From Pristiophorus japonicus (taxonomy: Eukaryota), in contig NC_091999.1 of the NCBI RefSeq assembly GCF_044704955.1, positions 48,174,763 through 48,238,000 of the forward strand: a stretch of DNA of 63,238 nucleotides, in the 5' to 3' direction. Positions 62,993-63,238 of this stretch are shown in pieces. The position numbers and the translations under genes are program-made. Position 1 is the first letter of the stretch, and the number at the start of each line of letters is the position of its first letter. The notes under the pieces are model-generated. The model did not search any database. It was not told where the DNA came from and saw only the letters and a list, made by a program, of their open reading frames with translations.

Positions 62993-63238
62993 AACATAAA
63001 AACATAAGAACATAAGAGTTAGGAACAGGAGTAGGCCATCTAGCCCCTCGAGCCTGCCCCGCCATTCAATAAGATCATGGCTGATCTGGTCGTGAACTCA
63101 GCTCCACTTACCCGCCCTCTCACCGTAATCCTTAATTCCCTTATTGATTAAAAATCTATCTATCTTTTACTTGAAAACATTCAATGAGCGAGCCTCAACT
63201 GCTTCCTTGGCAGAGAATTCCACAGATACACAAACCTC
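62993..63238 (-). mobile_element. CR1 3' end with (ATAAGAAC)n tail, running off the window
   Basis: acataagaacataaga..ggagtaggccat; reverse RFVYLWNSLP. Confidence 0.9.

Overview
Eukaryotic, repeat-dense vertebrate DNA, almost certainly from a cartilaginous fish (shark). This rests on abundant CR1 LINEs with (TTCTATGT)n tails, DeuSINE/SacSINE1-type SINEs, shark-type RTE and L2 LINEs, shark-type Ig mu exons and a shark-type GPR139-like gene. No intact host protein-coding gene is evident; the window is a graveyard of multicopy families. (1) A delta-branch (P2Y/HCAR-like) GPCR pseudogene on the minus strand (~16.99-20.46 kb), split at its DRY motif by a 2.5-kb CR1. (2) A two-exon GPR139-like GPCR pseudogene (27606-30480). 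(3) A decayed TCR alpha/delta-type V segment with a 23-bp-spacer RSS (~34.2-34.36 kb). (4) A pseudogenised IgM heavy-chain constant region on the minus strand (5'-truncated Cmu1, Cmu2-Cmu4, secretory tail, TM1, TM2; 37589-~48092), whose V-D-J end is replaced by (5) a ~12.4-kb tandem array of Leu(TAA)-Asp(GTC)-Ser tRNA units, with one apparently intact tRNA-Leu. There is also a local tandem duplication (7.3-16.1 kb), nested and templated LINE rearrangements and several minisatellites, one of them CR1-derived. The most notable arrangement is a TCR-type V relic about 3 kb from an IgM C-region relic. No prokaryotic system, CRISPR array or clearly novel intact gene is supported. Family assignments come from motif recognition and recalled consensus sequences, not database searches. 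TE boundaries are approximate.
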